The position numbers and the translations under genes were made by a program. Under the pieces are notes generated by a model. It searched no databases and had not been told where the DNA came from. It worked only from the letters and a program-made list of their open reading frames with translations. From Opitutales bacterium (lineage in GTDB: Bacteria; Verrucomicrobiota; Verrucomicrobiia; Opitutales; PNEW01): a DNA stretch of 64,000 nt. Positions within the stretch are counted from its first letter, which is position 1, and the number at the start of each line of letters is the position of its first letter. Shown piece by piece: positions 10,450 through 20,141 of the stretch. The stretch is from the NCBI GenBank assembly GCA_965197745.1, contig CBDANS010000005.1, positions 256,001 to 320,000 of the forward strand, given 5' to 3'.

Positions 10450-11553
10450 TTATATTTTACTATTCTCAGTAAGGAGGAGAATCATCATTGAATTATTAAG
10501 GGCAAGTTGTCCGCTTTTATCTTGGTCATTGAGACCATCCGTTGTGTTCCCTTCGTCCTTAACATCCTGTTCTCGACTATTACTTTCAGAAGTAGTGGAA
10601 GTGTTTTGATTCGAGACAATTGCCGTAAGAAGAAAACTGGAATCACCACGACTTACTTGAATAGAAATTTTTAAGACTTGTGCCAATAGGCCGGCCATAC
10701 TGTTGCGAGGATTAAGGCCTTGAGGATAGAATAGGTGGGAGCGTGAATTAATCAGTTGATCGTCTACAGTCCCAACCTGTTCATCGTCACCTTTAAGATA
10801 ATCATATATTGCTTGAGTATCAAATCCTTCAACCCGAGTAACTACGGCAAGGGCAAGGGGAGTGGCAGTATTAAGATTGAGAGGTTCATTATGGTAGAGG
10901 GATACGGCACTTTTGAATTGATCAAATAATTGATTAGGAGTCCCGTCTTCATTTAAAAAATAGGAATCGAAGTCCTTTATTAAAAACAGTTCATCCCAAT
11001 TTTTTATAGCAGTATTGGCTGGCTTGTAAGATGGATTCTGGCGTTTATAATATTCCAACTCAGCTCCATTCAGGCGTGTCAGACTATCGTTATCAATCCA
11101 GTCAAGAAGGCAGTCCGTTAAAGGTTCTGCCTCGGAGAAAGGAATACCTATCTCTTCGAAGAGTGTGTTCAAGATAAGCGGCGTGGCTTGAGCCAGTGAA
11201 ATTTTACCGGTTTCATCTTCAATTTTCACCCCAACTTTCAGATCACTGATTACAGGTATTTGCGCGTAACCAATAGGATCACTCCACCCCTGGACGGGAG
11301 CGTAGAGCCCTCTGTCTATTTCTTGAATTTCGCGTAATACGGCCATCGCTGCCTGGAGATGGGAATGGGCCTCAACGCGCAGCTCATCACGGTTCTGAAA
11401 TAAGCCTGAGTACTTTATTTTAGCAGTCGCTTCTTCCATGAAGGCGAGGACAACGAATGAAGCCAGTGCTATCATCCCCAGGACCGCGGCGAGAATACTG
11501 GCGCGGTTTTTCTGAGAAGCCGAAATGTAATTATTTTTAAAATATAGAGACAT
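10450..11553 (-). CDS. gspK: Minor pseudopilin K
   Basis: Pilin-like helix without Glu5, IEDETGKISL, DCLLDWID, LNLNTA. Start placed at MSLYF, which overlaps the gspJ stop. Confidence 0.85.
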   Translation of the reverse strand: MSLYFKNNYISASQKNRASILAAVLGMIALASFVVLAFMEEATAKIKYSGLFQNRDELRVEAHSHLQAAMAVLREIQEIDRGLYAPVQGWSDPIGYAQIPVISDLKVGVKIEDETGKISLAQATPLILNTLFEEIGIPFSEAEPLTDCLLDWIDNDSLTRLNGAELEYYKRQNPSYKPANTAIKNWDELFLIKDFDSYFLNEDGTPNQLFDQFKSAVSLYHNEPLNLNTATPLALAVVTRVEGFDTQAIYDYLKGDDEQVGTVDDQLINSRSHLFYPQGLNPRNSMAGLLAQVLKISIQVSRGDSSFLLTAIVSNQNTSTTSESNSREQDVKDEGNTTDGLNDQDKSGQLALNNSMMILLLTENSKI

Positions 11554-12184
11554 TTTTACTGTGTAATGGAAGATGAAGAGGCATTTCGCGAAATTCACCG
11601 TCATGTTCAAATTTCAATAAAAGGAAATCAGGAACAATGGGTTTCCTCCTTTGATCAAGATCAGGAGAATCCAGAATTTCCCACTTATCATCATCGGTTT
11701 TATAATAACAGTAACGGATACTGTTTAAGAGAGGAGATAGGACAGTGCGATGAACATCGTCTATGTCTTCAATTTCCCGCAGATTTGAATACCAGAGAAG
11801 ATACAGGCCGTCGCTCTTCTGAAAGTAAAGATAACAGGTTAAATCAGTATAATCACGCCCGGGCATTGCTAAGAGCGCGGGTATTTCCTTCAGATTAAAA
11901 GTAAGGAGAGGTTCATCAAATTCACTGTAACCGGGTGGTCGGTTCCAAGTGATAGAAGATGTCTGATAATCATTTGAAATTTCTGATTGTTTGAGAGCCT
12001 TATTGAGAAAATAAATCACCCCTTCTACATGCTGGTCAAAAAAATGATCATCTCCTTTTATAAACCAGATATGGGCTAGGGAAACGAGATACACGGAAAC
12101 AGCGGTCAACAGCATACTTCCTACGGCAAGGGCGAGGAGTATTTCTATCAGCGTAAATGCGTTTATGCGTCGTTTAGAATACAT
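11537..12184 (-). CDS. gspJ: Minor pseudopilin J-like
   Basis: Prepilin motif NA|FTLIEILLALA; position in the cluster. Confidence 0.7.
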   Translation of the reverse strand: MYSKRRINAFTLIEILLALAVGSMLLTAVSVYLVSLAHIWFIKGDDHFFDQHVEGVIYFLNKALKQSEISNDYQTSSITWNRPPGYSEFDEPLLTFNLKEIPALLAMPGRDYTDLTCYLYFQKSDGLYLLWYSNLREIEDIDDVHRTVLSPLLNSIRYCYYKTDDDKWEILDSPDLDQRRKPIVPDFLLLKFEHDGEFREMPLHLPLHSKNVSIF

Positions 12185-12187
12185 GAA

Positions 12188-12655
12188 TTAATAGTTATAT
12201 AAACGATTTGAAAACAACCGATCAGAGTTTTCTACAATTATTGCCGATCGCTCTATGGGGTCAGACCATTCAGGTCTTAATAGAATCAAATTTTGGGTGA
12301 AGACATTAGTTGTGTTATCATCCGGTGATTGAAGCTCTAGCGATAAAGTGACATAGAATAGATCGCTGACCTGGGCTTGTTCTATTGTTGCTATCCAGTA
12401 GACGGTTCCTGAAGACAAAGTTTCCATCTGACCGCCAGCTTCGAGTAAATCGCGATTCGTTTCTTTGATAATCTGTGAACGCGCAAACTTTATATCAGCT
12501 TCAAGTAATGATTCACTTCCTATAGTATTTAAACTTACCATGGTGTTAACGAAAGCCTGGGTGATGACAACTACGGCGAGCGCAAAAATAGCTAAAGCCA
12601 GAGTGACTTCAATAAGGGAAAAAGCGGACTGGTATCGGGTGGGGACTTTTTTCAT
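12188..12655 (-). CDS. gspI: Minor pseudopilin I-like
   Basis: Prepilin motif SA|FSLIEVTLALAIFA; position in the cluster. Confidence 0.7.
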   Translation of the reverse strand: MKKVPTRYQSAFSLIEVTLALAIFALAVVVITQAFVNTMVSLNTIGSESLLEADIKFARSQIIKETNRDLLEAGGQMETLSSGTVYWIATIEQAQVSDLFYVTLSLELQSPDDNTTNVFTQNLILLRPEWSDPIERSAIIVENSDRLFSNRLYNY

Positions 12656-13164
12656 TTTTCAGCATTTACTAACTCGAGGTCAGAAAATGGGTCGAATTGA
12701 TGTGTCGATTCTATATCTTCATAGACCAGGGTCGCCATAAACGGGGTAGATGACCGATCGGGGTCGAAGGCAATTCTCTTAACCGCTTCGCTTTTAGGTT
12801 TCTGAGAACTTGAAAAAAAAGTACCCCTATCCGGCAATAGTTGGTGAAAAGTAACCTGATGACTGCTGTTATTCACGTTTTTACCGCTATCAAATGACGA
12901 TAAGACATTTCCCTGAGAATTAATGATGATGATTTCTTTTTTCTCTTCATCGAAACTTAAAAAGACGATCTCTTTTCGTATCGCGGCGATATAACGAGCA
13001 TCCCGAACAGCAATTTTTAAAAGTTGGGGTAGTGTTTTTTCATTTTGACCGGCAAATATGGCATCAATGTTAGTTATCACCAGACCTGTAATGAGGGCTA
13101 AGATGCCCATCGCAAGCATCAATTCAATGAGCGAGAAAGCGTGTAGTTGATTGCCCTTTTTCAT
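12652..13164 (-). CDS. gspH: Minor pseudopilin H-like
   Basis: Prepilin motif HA|FSLIELML; ARYIA helix; follows gspG. Confidence 0.7.
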   Translation of the reverse strand: MKKGNQLHAFSLIELMLAMGILALITGLVITNIDAIFAGQNEKTLPQLLKIAVRDARYIAAIRKEIVFLSFDEEKKEIIIINSQGNVLSSFDSGKNVNNSSHQVTFHQLLPDRGTFFSSSQKPKSEAVKRIAFDPDRSSTPFMATLVYEDIESTHQFDPFSDLELVNAEK

Positions 13165-13334
13165 TTTAAATTTTTTATAAGGGGGCTACGAATGAGCGAT
13201 CTACGCAGGAAAAGCATTTACCGAAATATAAAGTTCAACGCTGAGTTTTAGAGATCGAGCGATACGTTATATATTCTGATAAACCCTCTCTCCACTGGGT
13301 TTGATTCTTAAACTAGCGATAAAGTAATCAATGA

Positions 13335-13754
13335 CTACCAGTTACCTATATCATCCCCGCTTTCACTTCCATCCGGGCCGAATGAATAAAGGTCATAACT
13401 ATCACTTTTCTTAGTTCCGGGATAGCGGTACTGATAGGGGGTTCCCCAAGGATCTAAAGGTATCGTGGAATCTTTTAGGTAAGGTCCTTTCCAACGCTGA
13501 GCGCTAGCCGCAGGCGGCTTTATGAGCGCTTCCAGCCCTTCCTGGGTAGTGGGATATCTCCCGATATCCATACGGTATTTTAAGAGGGGAGTTTCAAGGC
13601 TGTTTCTGACGAAAGTTCTAGCCGTATCTTCCTGGGCGCCACTAAAAATGCCAGTGAAGTTCGCAACCACAATACCCGCGAGGAGGGCTATTATGGCGAG
13701 AACAATTAATATCTCAATGAGCGAAAAACCCGATTTGATTCTGATAGCGCGCAT
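13335..13754 (-). CDS. gspG: Major pseudopilin G
   Basis: G|FSLIEILIV, YRMDIGRYPT, WKGPYL, DPWGTPYQY and C-terminal DDIGNW. Confidence 0.95.
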   Translation of the reverse strand: MRAIRIKSGFSLIEILIVLAIIALLAGIVVANFTGIFSGAQEDTARTFVRNSLETPLLKYRMDIGRYPTTQEGLEALIKPPAASAQRWKGPYLKDSTIPLDPWGTPYQYRYPGTKKSDSYDLYSFGPDGSESGDDIGNW

Positions 13755-13877
13755 GGGTTAAATTGCTATTTTTATAAAGGGATAGATAATTAAGATCTTG
13801 AGCCTTATCTTAAAGTTACTAATTCCGGTAATTAGCGGAACCAAGGCATTACTCTATTATACCAATAGCTGAGATTG

Positions 13878-13906
13878 AAAATATTGTATTTTTTTCAGTT
13901 TGTCAA
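13878..13906 (-). promoter_or_regulatory. Putative sigma70 promoter of the gsp operon
   Basis: Minus-strand TTGACA (13901-13906), 17-bp spacer, TATTTT (13878-13883). Confidence 0.5.
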
Positions 13907-14077
13907 TTGACAACTAAAGGCACCGCTTCAGAGGGTATGATTACAATAATAAGCAAGCGTGTGTTCAGGAAAAGAGAAAACACCGATCTAATTATAAACT
14001 TAGCTTACAACTATAAAGTGTGAACCTGCCCCGTGACCGTGTATTAAAATATAGAAATGCAATGCATTCACCTGCGA

Positions 14078-15457
14078 TCAGGAACTCCTGGCAGCGGCGC
14101 GTCGAATACGCTCTACTTGTTCGAGTAAATCTTGAACAAAATCCTTGTAATCTGCGCTTTGAGCATCGCGTAATAATTCGGTAGCATTACTCCATTTATT
14201 GTTGGCAACCATCAATCGGGCATGGGCGACGAGCGCTTCTGCGCGAAATTTGTCCACTTCCTGTGCTCGTTCAAACATCAAAATCGCTCTTTCGATTTCA
14301 CCATTATCACCGTAATAGGTGCCCAGGGTAATCAGTGCCGGTCCGCGCAGGGGGTCGCGTTCTACAATTTTTTCCAAGGTGGCTTTTGCTTTTATTCCCT
14401 CTCCCTGAGCAATCGCTATCTGCGACTGTAATGTCATGAGCGTTAACTCCTCCTCGTCAGTAGTCCGACCACGATAGACCCTTCTTATTTTATTAACCAG
14501 CGACGATGCCTTGTCATAGGAGCCTTCTTGAGTTAAAGAATAGGCTACTTGCAGGGGTCCATCGAGTTTTTGCTTGGGGTTTTTATCAATTGCCGCGAGA
14601 TAGGCTTTCAGGGCAGGTTCGAGCATTTGCTTTTCCAAGTAAATTTCTGCCAGCAATTGCAGGCTCTCTGCCGGAGCTTTACCCGTTCTCATCAGAATTA
14701 ATATATTGGCGGCAGCTTCATCATATTCTTTAAGACCGGCTTGACTGATCGAGAGAAGCACCCAGTTATCAGGTTCATTTGGATTCAATCGAAGCATCTC
14801 TTCAAAGAGATCTCTACTCTCCTTGTATTTTCCCTGATTAAGCAGGCTTCGCGCTAAACCGTTTTTCCAATCCAAATTTCCAGGCTCCGCAATGAGCGCT
14901 ACAGAATAGGCTTGCTCAGCAGCGAGCGTTTTTTCCTGTAACTGGTAACAATAGCCTAAGAGCCCGTAAGTGCGCCCTTCATTGTCACCCAAAACAATGG
15001 ATTTCGTGAGATATTTTACGGCGTCATCAATTTCCTCTAATCTGACACTTATTATAGATAGCGCTTTGTGTGCCCGTAAGTAGTTAGGGTACTTTTTAGC
15101 AGCCTCTAACATATGAAGTTTGGCTTGTTGTAAGTTTCCAATCTGGAGATTGAGTTGACCCAGGACGAAGGTCATGGCAGCGCTCGATTCAGTGGTAAGT
15201 GATTCATCCAGTATTTCTATCGCTTCTCCGGCACGATGGGGTAAAAGGTCTCTAATCTGGTAAAGTAAATCACGTTCTTCCACTGAGATTCTAGGTTCTC
15301 TTTCGACAACGAACGCAAGATCGCCCACGAATCTTTGTTGCCAGTATGGATTTTCGTACATATCTGCGAGGGGATTTTTTGGGCGTCTTCTTTGTCCATT
15401 GAGAATCCCCCAAATACTAAATATTGCGATGATCAATAAAATAATAGATTTTTTCAT
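14078..15457 (-). CDS. Exported TPR protein (TtpD-like)
   Basis: Signal peptide and many TPR helices; directly follows tonB. Confidence 0.8.
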   Translation of the reverse strand: MKKSIILLIIAIFSIWGILNGQRRRPKNPLADMYENPYWQQRFVGDLAFVVEREPRISVEERDLLYQIRDLLPHRAGEAIEILDESLTTESSAAMTFVLGQLNLQIGNLQQAKLHMLEAAKKYPNYLRAHKALSIISVRLEEIDDAVKYLTKSIVLGDNEGRTYGLLGYCYQLQEKTLAAEQAYSVALIAEPGNLDWKNGLARSLLNQGKYKESRDLFEEMLRLNPNEPDNWVLLSISQAGLKEYDEAAANILILMRTGKAPAESLQLLAEIYLEKQMLEPALKAYLAAIDKNPKQKLDGPLQVAYSLTQEGSYDKASSLVNKIRRVYRGRTTDEEELTLMTLQSQIAIAQGEGIKAKATLEKIVERDPLRGPALITLGTYYGDNGEIERAILMFERAQEVDKFRAEALVAHARLMVANNKWSNATELLRDAQSADYKDFVQDLLEQVERIRRAAARSS

Positions 15458-15478
15458 AATTAGGATTTACGACACAGA

Positions 15479-16135
15479 TTAACGAACAGAAAATGCAATA
15501 GGTAGACGCATCTTGGTTTTTACTTTTCTCCCATCCTTGATCCCTGCCGTAAAGCGCCATTTCTTGATTGCGTCTAAAGCCGGTTTATCAAAGGCATAGT
15601 CAGTTGAAGATTCTATACGCGGAAGACGGACCGTTCCTGATTCATCCACGATAAACATAATGACTACTCTCCCCCCCGCGCCAATACGCCGCAATGATGT
15701 TGGATAGACGGGGCGAACCGACGTAAGGACTCGTGGAATTTCATCGAGATCTTCCAAATCGAACAAAAGATTGCCAAGATTTGCCCCGATCTCGAACGCG
15801 GGAATGCTGAAAGCACCTGAAAAGTTCGTGCTTAAATCCGTATTCAGAGAAAGTTCAAGCTGTTCAAGGGTCGGTGGTTCACGCTCTTCCTCCATTTCCG
15901 GTTCCTCTTCTTCAAATTCCTCTTCCTCTGGAGGCGGCGGTTCCGGAGGTGGGGGGGGCGGGGGAGGTAACATCATTTCAGAGAGGGTAATATCTGTTTT
16001 GTCTTTCTGAAAGGAAAGCATCTGCGATAGCGGTATGAGCATGAAGAGTAAAAACGAAATAACAACAGAACCAATTACCGCGATTCTGGGATTCCCCCCC
16101 AATTCAGGAACGGTGTTAATATTTTTATCGGCCAT
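15479..16135 (-). CDS. tonB: Energy transducer TonB
   Basis: N-terminal TM helix, Pro/Glu-rich linker, and TonB C domain (PVYP...GRVVIMFIVDESG...AIKKWRF). Confidence 0.9.
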   Translation of the reverse strand: MADKNINTVPELGGNPRIAVIGSVVISFLLFMLIPLSQMLSFQKDKTDITLSEMMLPPPPPPPPEPPPPEEEEFEEEEPEMEEEREPPTLEQLELSLNTDLSTNFSGAFSIPAFEIGANLGNLLFDLEDLDEIPRVLTSVRPVYPTSLRRIGAGGRVVIMFIVDESGTVRLPRIESSTDYAFDKPALDAIKKWRFTAGIKDGRKVKTKMRLPIAFSVR

Positions 16136-16180
16136 GCGATGATGCTTAAATTGATGAAATAGTGATTATAAAAATAGACC

Positions 16181-16585
16181 TTATAATTCTGTTGAGATAC
16201 TGATACGTTCAGCACCGCCCAGTTTTGATTCGTCAACAACGCGAACGACGGTGCCGGCAGCCGCGGATACATCAACTTGCAGAATCACGGGCATTGGTTC
16301 TTTTTGTGTAAGTCGAGTAACTATGGGGCGTACACCGCCAATACCAATTTCTCTACCCCCGTAGACCACTTTACTCGAATCAGTGATGGCAATGAGAATG
16401 CTATTCTTCGCCAAATCCTTTGCTGAAATGGCAAACGGTTTTCTAACCTCTACCCCGGGCTCCTCAACAAATACGGTGGTGACGATAAAAAAAATGAGGA
16501 GAATGAACACCATATCAATCAGTGGTGATATATTTAACTCATACTGTTCTTCTTCTTGATTTAAAAGTGTGGATTTTCTGGGCAT
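16181..16585 (-). CDS. exbD: Biopolymer transport protein ExbD
   Basis: [19 protein letters not shown] segment with the conserved Asp. Confidence 0.93.
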   Translation of the reverse strand: MPRKSTLLNQEEEQYELNISPLIDMVFILLIFFIVTTVFVEEPGVEVRKPFAISAKDLAKNSILIAITDSSKVVYGGREIGIGGVRPIVTRLTQKEPMPVILQVDVSAAAGTVVRVVDESKLGGAERISISTEL

Positions 16586-16604
16586 GGCGGCTTTTTAATT
16601 CAAT

Positions 16605-17225
16605 TTAAGCTGCTTTAGATTTGATGCCTTCCTGGATGGCGTTATTTTCTAATTGGGCAAGGAAGGCGACATACAGGTTACGCCGTTTAATGATTTCGGA
16701 AATCATGATAAGACCCGGAATCGCTACCATGAGGCCGGTTTGAGTGGTGATGAGCGCTTCTGAGATACCCGAGGCGACAAGATCAACGGTTTGACCGGTA
16801 CTACCTGCCAAACCTTTAAATGTTGTTAGCATTCCTATTACGGTGCCGAGCAATCCCATTAATGGCGCGGTCGTGACAACGGCGCTGAGGGTGACAATTC
16901 TCTGATTAACATCTGGTAGAGTCTGCGTTTTTACATCCTGGATTCTATCGACGATGGTTTGCGGTTCATAACCTTCATCGACTACATAGCGTATGACATC
17001 GCCTATATGCCCTTTACCGGTATCCGGTTTTCGGACCCACGGTAGCCAGATTTCAATGGGGTTGTCTTTTAACCGGGCTTTGTTCAAGTGGACAATCATC
17101 TCTGTCGCCTGATAGTAAATATATATGGTCACTGCCAGCAAGGGAATCATGACCCAACCACCCTGGGTCCATACCCCTATGATATAATCAATTAGGCCAA
17201 TTTCCGACTGAACATTACTAGGCAT
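16605..17225 (-). CDS. exbB: ExbB/TolQ/MotA proton channel
   Basis: APLMGLLGTVIGM and GISEALITTQTGL motifs. Confidence 0.88.
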   Translation of the reverse strand: MPSNVQSEIGLIDYIIGVWTQGGWVMIPLLAVTIYIYYQATEMIVHLNKARLKDNPIEIWLPWVRKPDTGKGHIGDVIRYVVDEGYEPQTIVDRIQDVKTQTLPDVNQRIVTLSAVVTTAPLMGLLGTVIGMLTTFKGLAGSTGQTVDLVASGISEALITTQTGLMVAIPGLIMISEIIKRRNLYVAFLAQLENNAIQEGIKSKAA

Positions 17226-17246
17226 GAGAAGCGGCTTTTGATTTAT

Positions 17247-18617
17247 TTATTTATGGACCACTCCATTGACAAAACTTACAGCCGTTTGTTCCATACTGGC
17301 AACCACCCCTTTTGCTTTGCGGCTCAGGAGTGCACCAAGAATAAGTGCAGGTATAGCAACGATGAGTCCAAATTCTGTGGTGATAAGGGCCTCTGAAATA
17401 CCCGTTGAGAGGGATTTTGCATCACCCGTTCCGAATACCGTGATCAATCTGAATGTTTTTATCATTCCCGTGACAGTTCCAAGAAGACCTAAGAGGGGAG
17501 CGGTAGCCGCGGTAACATGGATAAGCGGTAACATGCGTTCCAGTTTAGGCTGCGTGGTGATAATCTGTTCGTAAATCACTTCTTCCAACACCTCTTTTTC
17601 CTGATCAACGTTTTCAACCGCAGCCGTCAGCATTCCACCCACCGGGCCGCGAACCGATTTTGCATGAGCCAAAGCCTTTTCATTTTCATTGGCTTTAATA
17701 CTATTCAGGATGGTAGTGACATCGTCGGTTCGGGCGGGTTTTACTTTCGAGAGCTCAATCCATTTGTAAATAGCGATTAATAAAGCAAAGGTGGCCAAGC
17801 CAAGAATAGGGAACATAACGATACCCCCTTTCTTAATATGTTCGATCACGGTTTCCTTAGTAGCTGCAACTTTCAGGGCATCACCAAGCGTCGTATCAAT
17901 GGGTGCAATTCCGGCGCCGGTATTAGCCAGATTGGATATATTCTCATAGTGTTCTTCACCAATATCCTGAATGACAGCATTGGCTGAGCCAAGCGCCAGT
18001 TCTGCCAGACCGGCAACACCTTCATTACTTGCGAAATAAGCAATGGGTCCCATGACCACAAAATTGCCATCTTCATAGAGACCGTTGGGCATAATCGCCT
18101 TACCTTGGAAGGTGTTACCACCAATAATTTGACTGATTCGCTCAAAAGCCAGGTCGATTACTTCTAATTGATTTTCAAACTTTTCAGTGCCCGTTAAATT
18201 AATATTTTCCTGAGACTGCTTGGCGGTTTTTATCGTATCTTCATAGAGTTGCAGTTCTCCAATATGGATCTGCGTTTCAAAACGCCTGATATAGTCACCT
18301 AGCAGGCTGCTGAGGTAACTATTATTATCCTTGAGGCGGGCAATTCTATTTTCATATCCACGCAGGTCCACTTTACGGTTATCCCTGAGCCGCGCGGCTT
18401 GACTCGCTTCCTGGCGTTTTTGAATGGCTTCACTTTCCAAGGTGTTAAGTTCATTGGAGAGGGGTATGCGCTCGTCGACTACGGTTTTCCTCAAATCGGC
18501 AAGTTCGCTTAGAGAATTTTTTAAATCGGCCTCAGCCTGTTTGCTGGCTTTCTCAAATGTCTGTCCCGATAAAATCGTAGTGAATACCAGTGCTATAAAA
18601 AGGAGATATTTTTTCAT
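17247..18617 (-). CDS. TtpC-like long ExbB-family protein
   Basis: Signal peptide, long periplasmic coiled coil and a C-terminal ExbB domain (APLLGLLGTVTGMI; GISEALITTEFGL). Confidence 0.8.
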   Translation of the reverse strand: MKKYLLFIALVFTTILSGQTFEKASKQAEADLKNSLSELADLRKTVVDERIPLSNELNTLESEAIQKRQEASQAARLRDNRKVDLRGYENRIARLKDNNSYLSSLLGDYIRRFETQIHIGELQLYEDTIKTAKQSQENINLTGTEKFENQLEVIDLAFERISQIIGGNTFQGKAIMPNGLYEDGNFVVMGPIAYFASNEGVAGLAELALGSANAVIQDIGEEHYENISNLANTGAGIAPIDTTLGDALKVAATKETVIEHIKKGGIVMFPILGLATFALLIAIYKWIELSKVKPARTDDVTTILNSIKANENEKALAHAKSVRGPVGGMLTAAVENVDQEKEVLEEVIYEQIITTQPKLERMLPLIHVTAATAPLLGLLGTVTGMIKTFRLITVFGTGDAKSLSTGISEALITTEFGLIVAIPALILGALLSRKAKGVVASMEQTAVSFVNGVVHK

Positions 18618-18645
18618 AATTATGAGAATTCAGGAATTAGATAAA

Positions 18646-19434
18646 TTATTTAATGGTAACCGGTAAGTTTATAAAGACTTCAGCAGGGATTGTATTCTCA
18701 TAGATGGCAATCGAACGGCTGATACCAGCAGCTAAATCATTATTCTCTTCCCATTGCCATCCTTCCGGAGAGGGCACCCCAACACCTGAATATTTAGCGT
18801 TGCTATCAACATAATAGCCCTGGGCCAATCCAATATAGATAGTTTTCACCTCGGTAGTTTCACCCGTAGGCATTTCCCGGAGTTCACCAAATAAATTGAT
18901 GCTGTTGTTAAATTTATCTATTTCATTAAGCGTGCCGATAATAACGGCCATACGCTCTCCAGCGGAAAGTCGCGTTTTGCGGGGATTTTCCGGAATTTGA
19001 TTTAAGAGCGGTTCCAGTTTATTCTGCAGGGGGTCGGGAAGAGATTTTGCAATAGCTTTAACTTTCTCTTCGTACTTAGTAACAACATTGTCGACCACTT
19101 TTGAAGCGCTGCGCAATTCAGCTTCCTCATCTTCCAGCTCTACTCTCGCTCTATCAGCTTCAGTCGCTTCTTCTTCCGACTCTTCAATCTGAATATTGAG
19201 GGCTTCAATTTCATTTTTCAGAAGCTCAATCATGTAAGTCATGACACTCTTCTTTTCACGCCAATCGTTATCTTCCTTGGAGATAATCTGGCGGGTTGTT
19301 ACCCATTCTCCAACTATGGTGCGCGCCTTTTCAATCTTGTCTTCACTTTTCTTTATCGGACTTACTTGCGCCCCAATGGTGCATACTAGCATAAGCCCAA
19401 GTGAAGATATGCCGGCTAATAATTTTATATTCAT
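18646..19434 (-). CDS. DUF3450 family (TtpB-like) protein
   Basis: Signal peptide, coiled coil and C-terminal IYIGLAQGYY...WQW...INLP; precedes the TtpC-like gene. Confidence 0.72.
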   Translation of the reverse strand: MNIKLLAGISSLGLMLVCTIGAQVSPIKKSEDKIEKARTIVGEWVTTRQIISKEDNDWREKKSVMTYMIELLKNEIEALNIQIEESEEEATEADRARVELEDEEAELRSASKVVDNVVTKYEEKVKAIAKSLPDPLQNKLEPLLNQIPENPRKTRLSAGERMAVIIGTLNEIDKFNNSINLFGELREMPTGETTEVKTIYIGLAQGYYVDSNAKYSGVGVPSPEGWQWEENNDLAAGISRSIAIYENTIPAEVFINLPVTIK

Positions 19435-19934
19435 ACGATGAGTTAGTTTTAGTTAAATAGTGTTTATTACAGGGATGACTAAAAATTTCGACTAAAGTGG
19501 TAATGAATTCAGCTCTATTATAAGCTGTATTAGCAGGGTGGAAATAAATTGAAAAGTGTCAGATTGGTCATCCACCCGCGATATTACAAATAAAAAATCA
19601 CAGTTTTTACATTTTTACAGGCAATCAGAATCACATAATCACTATAATAGAATATATTCACACCTGATAGAGAATCTTATCCCATCAGACTGAAATGAAG
19701 GGAGAGGGATTGAATGATCGACCATGGATCAATTAATCTGAAGCAAAGCTTGGGTATCTATTTCTAACCTGATTGAGAGCTTTACAAAGGTGTCCATCGG
19801 GGTTTTTTGCTTCTTTTTTAATTGTCAATCGATGTAAAATCATTTGGGTTAATTTCCTGCTGCCTCTATGGGTGCTTCCAAATGACTGGAACACCGATGT
19901 GATAAGCAGTTCACTTTTTAAGAATAACCGGTAT

Positions 19935-19950
19935 TATATATATATATATA
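19935..19950. repeat. (TA)8 dinucleotide tract ending 2 nt before the rpmI ATG
   Basis: Sequence reads ggtat-TATATATATATATATA-tt-ATG. Confidence 0.9.
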
Positions 19951-19952
19951 TT

Positions 19953-20141
19953 ATGCATAAAACGCGTAAATCTATTTCCAAGAAATTTAAAGTAACAGGG
20001 AGTGGCAAAATCATGCGTCGCAGCCCGGGTATGCGTCACAATTTGAGTAAGCAATCAGTAAAGCAAAAACGCGCGAACTCGAAGGATAAACCGGTCTCGA
20101 AAGCCTATTACTCAGTTATCAAGAAATCATTAAATATTTAA
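19953..20141 (+). CDS. rpmI: 50S ribosomal protein L35
   Basis: MHKTRKSISKKFKVTGSGKIMRRSPGMRHNLSK; 62 aa; upstream of rplT. The ORF-track extension to 19773 is not L35-like. Confidence 0.93.
   Translation: MHKTRKSISKKFKVTGSGKIMRRSPGMRHNLSKQSVKQKRANSKDKPVSKAYYSVIKKSLNI

Noticed and set aside
13165..13334. Hidden gene or structured RNA in the gspG-gspH gap
   Set aside because: There is no convincing ORF, only a 6-bp AAACCC/GGGTTT stem, which is too weak to call.
15885..15970. G-rich run and Pro/Glu repeat as a phase-variation tract
   Set aside because: It encodes the normal proline-rich TonB linker and the frame is intact.
19773..19952. 60-aa N-terminal extension of L35 in the ORF track
   Set aside because: It starts at a TTG and runs through the leader hairpin and the (TA)8 tract (YYIYIYI). 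L35 similarity begins at the ATG at 19953.
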